Shown: positions 48,422-57,753 of the stretch, piece after piece
Layout: every line of letters starts with the position of its first letter
How positions within the stretch are numbered: the first letter of the stretch is position 1
From: Nitrospirota bacterium
GTDB taxonomy: Bacteria; Nitrospirota; UBA9217
Direction of reading: 5' to 3'
Length of the DNA: 64,000 nt
Assembly (NCBI GenBank): GCA_963740085.1
Contig: CAVUCU010000004.1
Span: forward strand, 288,001-352,000
Program-made: the position numbers and the translations under genes
Notes under the pieces: generated by a model
Databases searched by the model: none
Seen by the model: only the letters and a program-made list of their open reading frames with translations
What the model was told of the DNA's origin: nothing

Positions 48422-48437
48422 ATTGTAGTACTACAAT
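48422..48437. promoter_or_regulatory. Perfect 16-bp palindrome, candidate operator
   Basis: attgtagtactacaat, 30 bp upstream of the DUF5132 start. Confidence 0.55.
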
Positions 48438-48503
48438 GATGCAAAGTCTATCTTCTCTTTCATTACTTACCTACTAGTACTTGAGCAGCCAGTTCATTGC
48501 GCA

Positions 48504-48899
48504 TTACGCTTCAACACGGTTTTTTTTTGGTGCTTTCATGCGTGCCCTGGAGCCAGTCTTTGAACGCTTTGCAATGCTCTTGCCCTCGAGTATCCCGATC
48601 TGCGCTTCAAGGTCCTTGATTCGGGCCATGATCTCTTTGACACCTGCATTGAGAGCAGGGTTTTTGGCTTTGGCACTGCTTATGAGAACATACGTCTTGG
48701 CGCCGAGGTCGGTAATCGCTTCGTGGATCCGTGTCTTGAGTGTCAATACCTTGTACTGACGTTTCTTTTCTTTCGTGAGTTCCCCGGCTTTCTTCTGCAT
48801 CTCGACGGCGCCTTGTTTCACTGCCGCCATGCTTTTTTCCAGCCCTTGTTGCACGTCTTTTTTTATCTTGTTCCAGTTGAAGCCTTCCAAATATCCCAT
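48504..48899 (-). CDS. Helical coiled-coil protein with basic C-terminal tail
   Basis: RBS aggagg; amphipathic N-terminus, heptads, KRSKTGSRARMKAPKK tail. Confidence 0.72.
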   Translation of the reverse strand: MGYLEGFNWNKIKKDVQQGLEKSMAAVKQGAVEMQKKAGELTKEKKRQYKVLTLKTRIHEAITDLGAKTYVLISSAKAKNPALNAGVKEIMARIKDLEAQIGILEGKSIAKRSKTGSRARMKAPKKNRVEA

Positions 48900-49272
48900 T
48901 CGGTAACCTCCTGTAGTATGGAATGCTCAATTCATAAGTTAGAAGTATAGCACGCAAGAGTGTTTCTGGTAGTGAGATCATTAATAAACTTAAGGATGAA
49001 GTAAAAAAATAGCAGTGAGTGTATAAAATAACAGACAACTTGAAATGTAAATCTGGGACAAGAGCAAAAAATCTTGGACACGGATAAAGATGGAGTTTGT
49101 TATGAAAAGGCTGGATTACGTTATTGATTCATCCGCTTTGGTCACGGCCTGTTATCTGATTTTCTCCGTCGTGCCAGCGCTTATGAGTGTGTGTGCGAGG
49201 CAGGGTGTGTCAAAGATCTATTTTTTTGTCTGCTGCTGAGGGCCGCACCATAATCTTGGTATAATAGTATTT

Positions 49273-49953
49273 ATGGCTGCCGAAACAAAGCGTGACAGGA
49301 CTGAATGGGTGATACTGCTGCACGGCCTGGGCCGCTTCAGGCAATCCATGCGCAGGCTCGAGCAGCATCTGAAAAGCCGCGGCTATTCGACCATAAACCT
49401 CGCCTATCCCTCGACAACCAAATCGATCGAGACGATCGCCGAAATGCATCTTGCAGGCGCTGTAGATGTTTGTCAAAAGCAGGGTGCGGGGAAAGTCCAT
49501 TTCGTCGGTCACTCCCTTGGTGGCATTATCGTCCGTCAGTACTTGCAGCAACATCCTGTGCCCGCAGGCAGCCGGCTCGTTATGCTCTCATCGCCCAACC
49601 AGGGCAGTGAGCTCGCCGATCTGCTCATGCATGTCCCTCTCTACCGATGGATTATCGGACCGGCCGGACAGGAGCTCGGCAGGGGACCGGAGTCGGTGGT
49701 CAATCGCTTGAAGCCGGTCGGGATCGACATCGGCGTGATCGCGGGTAACTTGAGCATCAATCTTGTGTCCTCCGTGTTTATGGACGGCCCTCATGATGGC
49801 ACAGTTTCGGTGAAGAGCACCATGCTTCCGGAGATGAGAGACTTCATCGTCGTCCACAACACGCACACGTTTATTATGAGAGACCCGCTGGTAATGAGGC
49901 AGGTCACACATTTTCTCAGGCACGGCAGGTTCGACCACAGTGGGGCGGGATGA
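49273..49953 (+). CDS. Alpha/beta hydrolase (lipase/esterase)
   Basis: LLHGLG, GHSLGG, PNQGS, HDGTVSV, HTFI. Confidence 0.9.
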   Translation: MAAETKRDRTEWVILLHGLGRFRQSMRRLEQHLKSRGYSTINLAYPSTTKSIETIAEMHLAGAVDVCQKQGAGKVHFVGHSLGGIIVRQYLQQHPVPAGSRLVMLSSPNQGSELADLLMHVPLYRWIIGPAGQELGRGPESVVNRLKPVGIDIGVIAGNLSINLVSSVFMDGPHDGTVSVKSTMLPEMRDFIVVHNTHTFIMRDPLVMRQVTHFLRHGRFDHSGAG

Positions 49954-50233
49954 ACTGAATAGTAGCATCATTTGACACACAGTAATTTATATGTTGAAAA
50001 TGCTCAGCGTGAGATCGTCATGAAGCCGACAATCAAATTGAAATTATATATCACAATTCCCTGTGACTTAAAAGTAGGGATTTAATGATTGCTGCACTAC
50101 TATTACGTGTGCTTATGATAAAATAGAAAGAAAGGTCTCCCGGCGATTTCTTGGGTAAAAGGGAGATAAAAATTAAGACCGTCGAAACGAAGGTCATAGC
50201 TTGCGGTACTATATTAAATTAAGGAGTCGAACA

Positions 50234-50794
50234 ATGACAAACTCATTAACAACGGTACTTGAAAAAGTTCAGAACGGCCTTGGACAGGGCGGGGTTTTAG
50301 ATCAGGTCGATAAAATATTTCGGAAGCAGCAAAGAATCAATTTATTTGAAAAGCTCGAAAAGATCGATAATAAAGAGGTAGATAATTTCCCCGTCTCTCT
50401 TTATAAGAGCATCACGCCAAATGGCAAAAAACAGCCTGCCTTATTGCGCTTTTACCTTCCGTCCTGGAAAGGTCACGACGAGATCTTTTGGCACTCGCTC
50501 GGCGATTATGTTATTCTCGCGCTTCACCGGGTGACCGACGTTGACTTCGACAGCTCCAGAGGCCGGATGAAGGTGGCATATTTCCCCAAGATAAAAGGCC
50601 GGACAAAACACCCGGACGACATCAGGGTCGTCATCCAAAAAATTGCCTATCTTGTGGATACCGAAGCTTTGCCGACAGACTTTACCCGCTTCCGGCGCAT
50701 GACGGAACGACGAGGCAGTTTGGGCGAGATGAGCAAGTTCGAGGCCGCGGTACTAGGAACAATAATAGCGGAAGTTCCTACGATCTTAAGGTAG
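50234..50794 (+). CDS. Hypothetical protein
   Basis: 186-aa ORF with aaggag RBS; no recognised motif. Confidence 0.65.
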   Translation: MTNSLTTVLEKVQNGLGQGGVLDQVDKIFRKQQRINLFEKLEKIDNKEVDNFPVSLYKSITPNGKKQPALLRFYLPSWKGHDEIFWHSLGDYVILALHRVTDVDFDSSRGRMKVAYFPKIKGRTKHPDDIRVVIQKIAYLVDTEALPTDFTRFRRMTERRGSLGEMSKFEAAVLGTIIAEVPTILR

Positions 50795-51036
50795 AATATG
50801 AAAAATCAGGATTATTAGCAATACGATCAAAGTGGCTTTATCTTTGCTAAGATTTCCCGATCATTGCAGCATACAGTGAGAGGCGGATCAGGCATTCATC
50901 ATGAGGATATTCAGGACATCAATTGGGCAATGACCGTGCGTTCATATTATTGATGAAAATCATTCTGCACTGCCTCGCAAAACCCTCGATGACTGCTGAA
51001 CCCGCAACGCAGACCTGATCCGAGACTGTCAATAAA

Positions 51037-51204
51037 ATTAATTGAAATTTCATACCCTCTTCATACTCCTGTAATACCTTTTCTGTATCATTGACCAAAC
51101 CCTGATTCGCCCCCCAATATTCCTATTTGCGAAAGCACAAATTATTATTCTTAACACAAATTTAATGTTATCTTCATACTATTGTAACAACAAAAGTATA
51201 AGAT
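51037..51204 (+). promoter_or_regulatory. Tandem pair of four-unit PHO-box promoters of the lipid operon
   Basis: Units 51037/48/59/70 with tatcat at 51086; units 51150/61/72/83 with taagat at 51199. Confidence 0.78.
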
Positions 51205-51211
51205 ATTTTCA

Positions 51212-51904
51212 ATGCTTCTGTGCGATTTTCATATTCACACTACCTTTTCGGACGGGTCGGTTGAGATAAGGAAAACGATCGATCTTTTCGGACAGGCAGG
51301 CTTTGATGCCATCGCCATTACGGACCATGTCGTGAACGGCGATAACGTGATGGGTAAGTTCGCGCGACAGTTCAACCTGTCAATTCGGGGCGATAATTTT
51401 GATGAATATCTTTCCGCAGTCAGGTCGGAGGCGGCGCGGGCATGGGACAAATACGGGATGCTCGTCATCCCGGGTGTCGAGATCAGCAAGAATTACATAT
51501 CGAAGGATCATTCAGCCCATCTCCTCATTCTCGATATCAAAGAATTCATCCCCGCCTGCATGGACTACGAGGAGATCTTTCTCGAAGCTAAGCGCCAGGA
51601 AACCCTGACCGTTGCGTGTCACCCTCACCATACCCCGGATATGGTAAACAAAGACACGCTCTATCTCTGGAACAACCGAGACAAGTATGCAAAATATATC
51701 GATGCCTGGGAGATCGCGAACCGGGATGACGTTTTCAACGTGATCAGTCTGAAAAAATATCCTTATATTGCCAACAGTGATTTCCACAAAGTGCGCCACC
51801 TCTACTCGTGGAAAACACTGCTGAACTGCGAAAAGAACATCGACTCGGTCAAAAACTGCATAAAGCACAATAAAGGAGTCGCAATCACGCTCTTCAGGAA
51901 TTGA
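51212..51904 (+). CDS. PHP-domain phosphoesterase
   Basis: DFHIHTTFSDG, AITDH, PGVEI, CHPH, NSDFH. Confidence 0.9.
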   Translation: MLLCDFHIHTTFSDGSVEIRKTIDLFGQAGFDAIAITDHVVNGDNVMGKFARQFNLSIRGDNFDEYLSAVRSEAARAWDKYGMLVIPGVEISKNYISKDHSAHLLILDIKEFIPACMDYEEIFLEAKRQETLTVACHPHHTPDMVNKDTLYLWNNRDKYAKYIDAWEIANRDDVFNVISLKKYPYIANSDFHKVRHLYSWKTLLNCEKNIDSVKNCIKHNKGVAITLFRN

Positions 51905-51954
51905 ATGATGATGGATCAAACATCTCATAAGCGCCACACTCAGGGAGGAACCGC

Positions 51955-53193
51955 ATGACCATATTTACCATATGTGCTGCGATCTCAATTGTAGGGATCA
52001 TTCTCTACCTGCTTCAGATTGGAGCAACGTATTCACTCTTGAGAAAAAAGCCGAAACCGGACGCAGGAATAACGGCGAGCAAAAAGGATCATACCCCGTC
52101 GGTGTCGATCTTGAAACCCCTTAAGGGACTTGACGACAATCTATTTGACAACCTCGAAAGCTTTTGCACCCAGGATTATCCTGAGCACGAAGTTCTTTTT
52201 AGTCTTCAGGACCTCAATGATCCAGCCTATAAAGTAGCAAAAAAAGTACAAGACAAATACCCTGACCGGGACATATCTATCATAGTTGAAAAGTGCAATG
52301 CCGGTCTCAACCCGAAAGTAAACAACCTCATCCCGGCATATCGCAAAGCCCGTCATCCCTATATACTTATCAGCGACAGCAATGTTATGGTTGGCAACCG
52401 CTATCTTCGGGAGATTGCCCGATATACCCGGGACCCGTCGGTCGGGCTTGTCAGCAACCTCATCCAGGGCGTTGGCGGTCGCAGTTTCGGCGCAATTCTT
52501 GAGAACCTTCATCTCAATTCTTTCATTATGGGCAGCGTCACCTTTCTGGACAGGTTCCTTGGAATGCCCTGCGTTATTGGAAAGTCCATGCTCATGAAAA
52601 AAGTCGATCTGGAGGCGTTGGGAGGGCTGATTGCCTTCAAAGATATCCTGGCCGAGGACTTCATTATTGGCAGAGAGATGCAGAAGAGCGGGAAACAAGT
52701 GGTCCTGTCGAACTATTTGGTCAGCAATGTCAATGAGTACTGGGGCGTCAAGAGATTTCTGAATAGACATACGCGATGGGGCAAACTCAGGTGGAAGATC
52801 GGCGGAGCAAAATATTTGTCCGAACTGCTTGCCAATCCGGTAGTTATGGCGACATTGCCCATTCTGCTCAAGGGGCCGTCGCGCGAAACACTCTCATTTG
52901 CGGCCTTCATAGGACTTATCAAGGTCCTCGGCGATTTCATGCTCGGAAGAAAGATCGAATCAGCAGCACATGCGGATTTTCACAAACAATCACCACTCCT
53001 CTATTTCCTCTCTCCGATCAAGGATCTGTTCATCGGGGTACTGTGGTTCATCCCTCTTTTGAGTTCAACGGTAGTCTGGCGGGGAAATCGGTATGTGATC
53101 GGACGCGATTCCCGTTTGTCGCTCTGTCCGGAGACCGGCGTATGGTCCTGGGGCTATCGTATCACGGACAGTATTCGCGCCCGGATAGCATAA
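51955..53193 (+). CDS. GT21 ceramide-glucosyltransferase / HpnI-like glycosyltransferase
   Basis: VSILKPLKGLD, NPKVNNL, ISDS, GKSM, LAED, RHTRW. Confidence 0.9.
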   Translation: MTIFTICAAISIVGIILYLLQIGATYSLLRKKPKPDAGITASKKDHTPSVSILKPLKGLDDNLFDNLESFCTQDYPEHEVLFSLQDLNDPAYKVAKKVQDKYPDRDISIIVEKCNAGLNPKVNNLIPAYRKARHPYILISDSNVMVGNRYLREIARYTRDPSVGLVSNLIQGVGGRSFGAILENLHLNSFIMGSVTFLDRFLGMPCVIGKSMLMKKVDLEALGGLIAFKDILAEDFIIGREMQKSGKQVVLSNYLVSNVNEYWGVKRFLNRHTRWGKLRWKIGGAKYLSELLANPVVMATLPILLKGPSRETLSFAAFIGLIKVLGDFMLGRKIESAAHADFHKQSPLLYFLSPIKDLFIGVLWFIPLLSSTVVWRGNRYVIGRDSRLSLCPETGVWSWGYRITDSIRARIA

Positions 53194-53197
53194 GCGC

Positions 53198-53647
53198 GTG
53201 ACGGATCGATCAGTCAAGGTAGGGGGAACTGTGCAGCGGAATAAACGAAAAGTCCTTTTGATGGAAGATGAAGAATTACTGAGGTCGGTTACGCAGAGCG
53301 CTCTCGAAAAAAAAGGATATTCAGTACAGGTGATGGGAAACGGTGAAGAAGCAATCGAGGGTTATCGAAAAGCAAAAGAGGCCGGTTGTCCCTATGATGC
53401 AGTAATTGTGGATCTGAACATCCCGCACGGCAAGGGGGGCAAGGAAACAATCAAAGGTCTGCTTGAACTGGACCCTGATGTTAAGGTCATTGTATCGAGC
53501 GGCGACATTCTCGATCCGGCGCTGACGAACTTCAGGGATTACGGCTTTATCGGGAAACTGACAAAACCCTTCACCCGCGAAGAGCTGTTCGGGGTACTTC
53601 ACCGGGCGCTCGATGCGAGGGAAGGGGCTGCGTCAAAAAGATTCTAA
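53198..53647 (+). CDS. Single-domain response regulator
   Basis: LMEDE, IVDLNIP, VSSG, KPF. Confidence 0.88.
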   Translation: MTDRSVKVGGTVQRNKRKVLLMEDEELLRSVTQSALEKKGYSVQVMGNGEEAIEGYRKAKEAGCPYDAVIVDLNIPHGKGGKETIKGLLELDPDVKVIVSSGDILDPALTNFRDYGFIGKLTKPFTREELFGVLHRALDAREGAASKRF

Positions 53648-53711
53648 ATAATTGATCGGACGGAATGAGCTGTGGAACGAGGCATCATGCTGTTGGAGGG
53701 GGTAATGCAAA

Positions 53712-55559
53712 ATGATGAATCAAGTACAGACAACCCGGATCTTCAACCTCAACCTTGCTTTCAGAGGCCCGTTGCAGAACAGACTTCTTTCACTGGTTAA
53801 GGGGCCGATTGAACATGTCATTGGTTTGCAACGGTTGAACCTTTTTTACGATGACGTAAGCAGGATGCCTGACAAACGTCCGTTCCCGGACAAGGTCCTG
53901 GATCGCTTGGGCGTGCTCTACGATATTCCTGAAGAGGACCTCTCGCGGGTCATGATTCCCAAAGGTCCTGTGATCGTTGTGGCAAATCATCCCTTTGGGC
54001 TCATAGAAACCGTTATCCTTGCTTCGATCCTACGCTCGATGCGCTGCGATGTCAAGTTCATGGCAAACTCTCTGTTGAACGCGATACCGGAAATACGGGA
54101 CTTATTGATATCCGTGAATCCTTTTCCGGGAAAGACTTCGGTGCGAGACAACATCAGGCCGCTCAGAGAATCCATCCAATGGGTCAGGAACGGAGGCATG
54201 CTCGTGGTATTTCCCGCTGGCACGGTCTCTCACTTTGGTGCACGGAAAGGCGTCATCACCGATCCTGAATGGAGCCTGAGTATAGCGCGCATTATCAGGA
54301 AAACCGGGGCGCCGGTGCTTCCGGTGTTCTTTCAGGGGACGAACAGCGCGGCATTTCATATAGCGGGCATGGTACATCCTGTTCTTCGCACGGTCATGCT
54401 GCCGAATGAACTGTTTAACAAGAACAGCAGAAAGATTCAGGTGCGCGTCGGCGATCTTGTGCCAATTGGGAAGTTAGAGTCCTTTGATCAGGATGACGAT
54501 ATGACTGCGTACCTGCGGTTGCGAACTTATATACTGGAGTATCGCGGCCATAAAGAAGAAGTGCCCAGCATTGGGGCATTTATTCGAAAGGCAAAAACCG
54601 AGGCGTTTGGCGAGATCATGCCGCCCCAGAACCCGGAAGTCATGGCCGAGGAGATCCGCAGGCTGATGCCGAGCCAGACACTCGTTGAGAGCAACGAGCA
54701 TGTCGTGATCCAGGCGACGACCGACCAGATACCTCACCTCATGCTCGAGATCGGCAGGCTGCGGGAGGTCACCTTCCGTGTCGTGGGCGAGGGGACGGGA
54801 AAGGCTGTTGATATTGACCGGTTCGATAGCTCCTATACCCATCTCTTTATCTGGAATCGGGTAAAAAAAGAAGTGGTCGGCGCCTATCGCCTCGGCAGGA
54901 CCGATGAGATCATCAGACAAAAGGGAGTGAGCGGCCTTTACACGAGTTCCTTATTTCGTTATAAACCAGGATTTTTCGAACAGATGGGGCCTGCTCTGGA
55001 AATGGGACGGTCCTTTATCCGGCTGGAATACCAAAAATCCTTTGCACCTCTCCTGCTTCTCTGGAAAGGCATCGGCAGATTCGTTGTCGAAAACCCGCAA
55101 TATAAAACCCTCTTTGGTCCCGTAAGCATCAGTGATGAGTACCGGCAGCTGTCAAGGCAACTTCTGGTCAGTTACCTGAAAATGACCCGGTACCGCAGCG
55201 ATATGGCCGGCTTCGTCAAACCCAAAAATCCCTTACTTGCAAAACCGCTAAAAGGCTGGGACATCGATGCCGCGGTCCGGCTTCTGAAGGACGACGTGGA
55301 GAACATATCGGAGTTGATCTCCTGCGTGGAATCAGACCGCAAAGGCGTCCCGATCCTGCTGAAGCAATATCTCAAGCTGGGTGGCGAGATCGCGGGTTTC
55401 AATGTCGATACCGCATTCGGAAATGTCGTTGATGGTCTGATCATCGTCGATTTGACGAAAACTGAACCGCGAATACTGGATCGGTACCTTGGCAAGGACG
55501 GCGCCCGCATGTTTCTTGACCATCATGAAGCAATGAAACGGGATTGTCTTGTCGCCTGA
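53712..55559 (+). CDS. PlsC acyltransferase fused to GNAT N-acyltransferase, OlsF-like bifunctional aminolipid synthase
   Basis: NHPFGLIE and FPAG (PlsC); GRLREVTFR, DIDRFD, LEMGRSF (OlsB-like). Confidence 0.85.
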   Translation: MMNQVQTTRIFNLNLAFRGPLQNRLLSLVKGPIEHVIGLQRLNLFYDDVSRMPDKRPFPDKVLDRLGVLYDIPEEDLSRVMIPKGPVIVVANHPFGLIETVILASILRSMRCDVKFMANSLLNAIPEIRDLLISVNPFPGKTSVRDNIRPLRESIQWVRNGGMLVVFPAGTVSHFGARKGVITDPEWSLSIARIIRKTGAPVLPVFFQGTNSAAFHIAGMVHPVLRTVMLPNELFNKNSRKIQVRVGDLVPIGKLESFDQDDDMTAYLRLRTYILEYRGHKEEVPSIGAFIRKAKTEAFGEIMPPQNPEVMAEEIRRLMPSQTLVESNEHVVIQATTDQIPHLMLEIGRLREVTFRVVGEGTGKAVDIDRFDSSYTHLFIWNRVKKEVVGAYRLGRTDEIIRQKGVSGLYTSSLFRYKPGFFEQMGPALEMGRSFIRLEYQKSFAPLLLLWKGIGRFVVENPQYKTLFGPVSISDEYRQLSRQLLVSYLKMTRYRSDMAGFVKPKNPLLAKPLKGWDIDAAVRLLKDDVENISELISCVESDRKGVPILLKQYLKLGGEIAGFNVDTAFGNVVDGLIIVDLTKTEPRILDRYLGKDGARMFLDHHEAMKRDCLVA

Positions 55560-56691
55560 ACGCAACGCGACCATGGACACCGGCAATGATGCCGTGGAGC
55601 CGACGCTGTCGCGCCGGCCGTCATGGATAGGTCCGCTCTTCAGAAAAATGATATTTCTCATACCGCTCGGGGTTATTGGTAATGTGGTCTTTGTTCTGCT
55701 TGCGACCGACGGGTCTCTGTTCCGCTCCGTGCCCGGTTTTTCACCGGGATATATTATCATCGCCATGCTTCTGAGCATTACCCCCTGGTTCATGGGGTCG
55801 CTTCGGCTGCTGCTCTGGAGCAGGTTCCTTGGGAACAGATTTCGTTATCGTGATACGTTCAGGATAGCGCTCGGAGCGGAGCTCGGCGCGGCTATAAGCC
55901 CGCCCATGATCGGAGGAACCGCTGTAAAAACCTGCATGCTGATGCAGCAAGGCCTCTCCAGCGGCGCGGCTCTGTCTCTAACCGTGATCGAGAGCGTTGA
56001 GGAAAGTTTGTTCTTCCTCCTCATGGTACCGCTCGCCATCACGCTTTCGTCATCCTGGGACCTGCCGGTGATACAGGGTCTGCTGTCCGGCATCCGCCAT
56101 ACATCGCCCCGGATGTTCCTTGCGGGAAGCGGGGTTGCCTGTACTGCTGTCCTTGTGCTGGCACGACCGCGCTTTCGAACGCTAGTAATGCGGTTTCGGC
56201 CGTCGGCTCGCTTCATAACAATGATAGGGTCGGCATATCATAGGTTTATCCTGACATGGAGAACCATCATGTGCAGCGGAAAATCGGTCTTTGCTCTGAC
56301 CTTTGTGTTGACAGCTGCCCAGTGGATCTGCCGGTATGCCGTAATTTCCCTGCTGCTCATGAGCCTTGGGCTCCCGGCACAACCTGTTCTCTTCATGTCA
56401 CTGCAGGTCCTTGTGTTCGCACTCATGTCGTTCATACCGACGCCGGGAGGGGCAGGCGGCGCTGAAGCGGTATTCTATCTCTTTTACCGGCCCTTTCTCG
56501 CCGCGGATTCCATCGGCGCGGTGATCATGGGATGGCGATTTCTTACGTTTTACTTTCTCCTGCTTCTTGCCGCGGTCCTTTTCCTGATCATGAAAAGGCC
56601 GAAGCCGGAATCATTGTCTGTCATTCAGGACAGCGGATCGGAGCAAGCCGGGCCGACGGCGCATCGGGTTACTGGTCTTGCCGGAGAATAA
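55549..56691 (+). CDS. Lysylphosphatidylglycerol-synthase TM / flippase-like (UPF0104) protein
   Basis: AISPPMIGG, PTPGGAGGAE, WRFLTFY; multi-TM. Confidence 0.85.
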   Translation: MSPERNATMDTGNDAVEPTLSRRPSWIGPLFRKMIFLIPLGVIGNVVFVLLATDGSLFRSVPGFSPGYIIIAMLLSITPWFMGSLRLLLWSRFLGNRFRYRDTFRIALGAELGAAISPPMIGGTAVKTCMLMQQGLSSGAALSLTVIESVEESLFFLLMVPLAITLSSSWDLPVIQGLLSGIRHTSPRMFLAGSGVACTAVLVLARPRFRTLVMRFRPSARFITMIGSAYHRFILTWRTIMCSGKSVFALTFVLTAAQWICRYAVISLLLMSLGLPAQPVLFMSLQVLVFALMSFIPTPGGAGGAEAVFYLFYRPFLAADSIGAVIMGWRFLTFYFLLLLAAVLFLIMKRPKPESLSVIQDSGSEQAGPTAHRVTGLAGE

Positions 56692-56723
56692 CATAGCGCG
56701 CGTTATCGTAAAATTCCGCCGGA

Positions 56724-57575
56724 ATGATGCTACTGCCACGCAGGTTGATCACAAAGGAGATGATCATGAAGTCAGTTCAGGATGAGGTTGTAAGCGTTAA
56801 AATGCCATTACCGTGCATATCCGCCATCCCGCGATCACCGGGAAGATCCCTTCCTGCGGCCATGCATGATGATTCGCCCCTTCAAGGTATACAATCGCCT
56901 GTCATTGCCCAGGCTACCCGGGAAGCAGGGTCGACGCTGTATGAACTTCTGGGCATGGCCGAACTTCTCCGCGTGGCATACGAAAAAGGGGAACTGGAAA
57001 GCGCTCTAAACAGGCTTGAGATCATTTTGCTTCAGGCCGGGGTGCTCTCGTCAACACTCTCAATGATCACCGAATTTTCCCGAAAGGGGTTTAAGCCGTC
57101 CGAGACGACCAGTCAAGTCTTCGATATCGTTGCGCTTTTGAAGGAGGTTTCCCATGCCGCGCGAGCGCTGGTACAGGACAAACCAATAAAAGTGACGGAT
57201 GATGCCTGCACAACGCCCTTTTTCATCAATTCCGATCCCGCTAAGATCAGGAGGATCATGACTGGTCTTATGAGCAATGCGGCATCATTCACCGACCGGG
57301 GAAGGATCGCAATGATCCTGAACAGGGATAAAGATGAAGTCAGACTTACCATTGCCGATACCGGTAAAGGGATGGTGCAGGAACAGATCGATGCGATCTT
57401 GTCGTTATCTGATCATGAGCATGACATTGAAAAGAACGCCCCTTTGCCACGCTGTCCAGGGTTCCCGATCATCAATAAACTGATCAAGCAGCTGCGAGGC
57501 AGCCTTTCCATTGCAAGTAAAACAGGCGAGGGTACGATCGTTACCGTTTCTTTACCACTGAAGAGTTCTTCATAA
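56724..57575 (+). CDS. Degenerate histidine-kinase-like ATPase (no phospho-His)
   Basis: N box LMSNAASFT and G1 DTGKG present; H box reads TREAGST, G2 box PRCPGF. Confidence 0.75.
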   Translation: MMLLPRRLITKEMIMKSVQDEVVSVKMPLPCISAIPRSPGRSLPAAMHDDSPLQGIQSPVIAQATREAGSTLYELLGMAELLRVAYEKGELESALNRLEIILLQAGVLSSTLSMITEFSRKGFKPSETTSQVFDIVALLKEVSHAARALVQDKPIKVTDDACTTPFFINSDPAKIRRIMTGLMSNAASFTDRGRIAMILNRDKDEVRLTIADTGKGMVQEQIDAILSLSDHEHDIEKNAPLPRCPGFPIINKLIKQLRGSLSIASKTGEGTIVTVSLPLKSSS

Positions 57576-57652
57576 AAGAGTTTCGCATGTCACCTGCCCC
57601 GGCAGTCACGTGGACGCAGTCGTGAGCCCTGCCTTCCATACGCATATCTTCT

Positions 57653-57707
57653 TGTAACCAACATTTAACCCAGGCTTCATACTCCTGTAACAGAATCGGG
57701 GTATAGT
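57653..57707 (+). promoter_or_regulatory. Four-unit PHO-box promoter
   Basis: tgtaacc/tttaacc/cttcata/tgtaaca at 57653/64/75/86; -10 tatagt at 57702. Confidence 0.78.
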
Positions 57708-57753
57708 GAGACTGCTAATTTCAATTAAATGCAAAGATTGGGACCAGGGTTTT

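Noticed and set aside
40589-48899. Magnetosome gene cluster or canonical ferrosome
   Set aside because: No MamA/K/E/Q-like or FeoB genes; the ATPase has P2A rather than P1B motifs.
49102-49239. Small ORF upstream of the lipase
   Set aside because: Weak RBS and no recognisable features; cannot be supported.
50798-50953. Possible gene remnant after the 50234 hypothetical
   Set aside because: Early stop codon and no recognisable homology.
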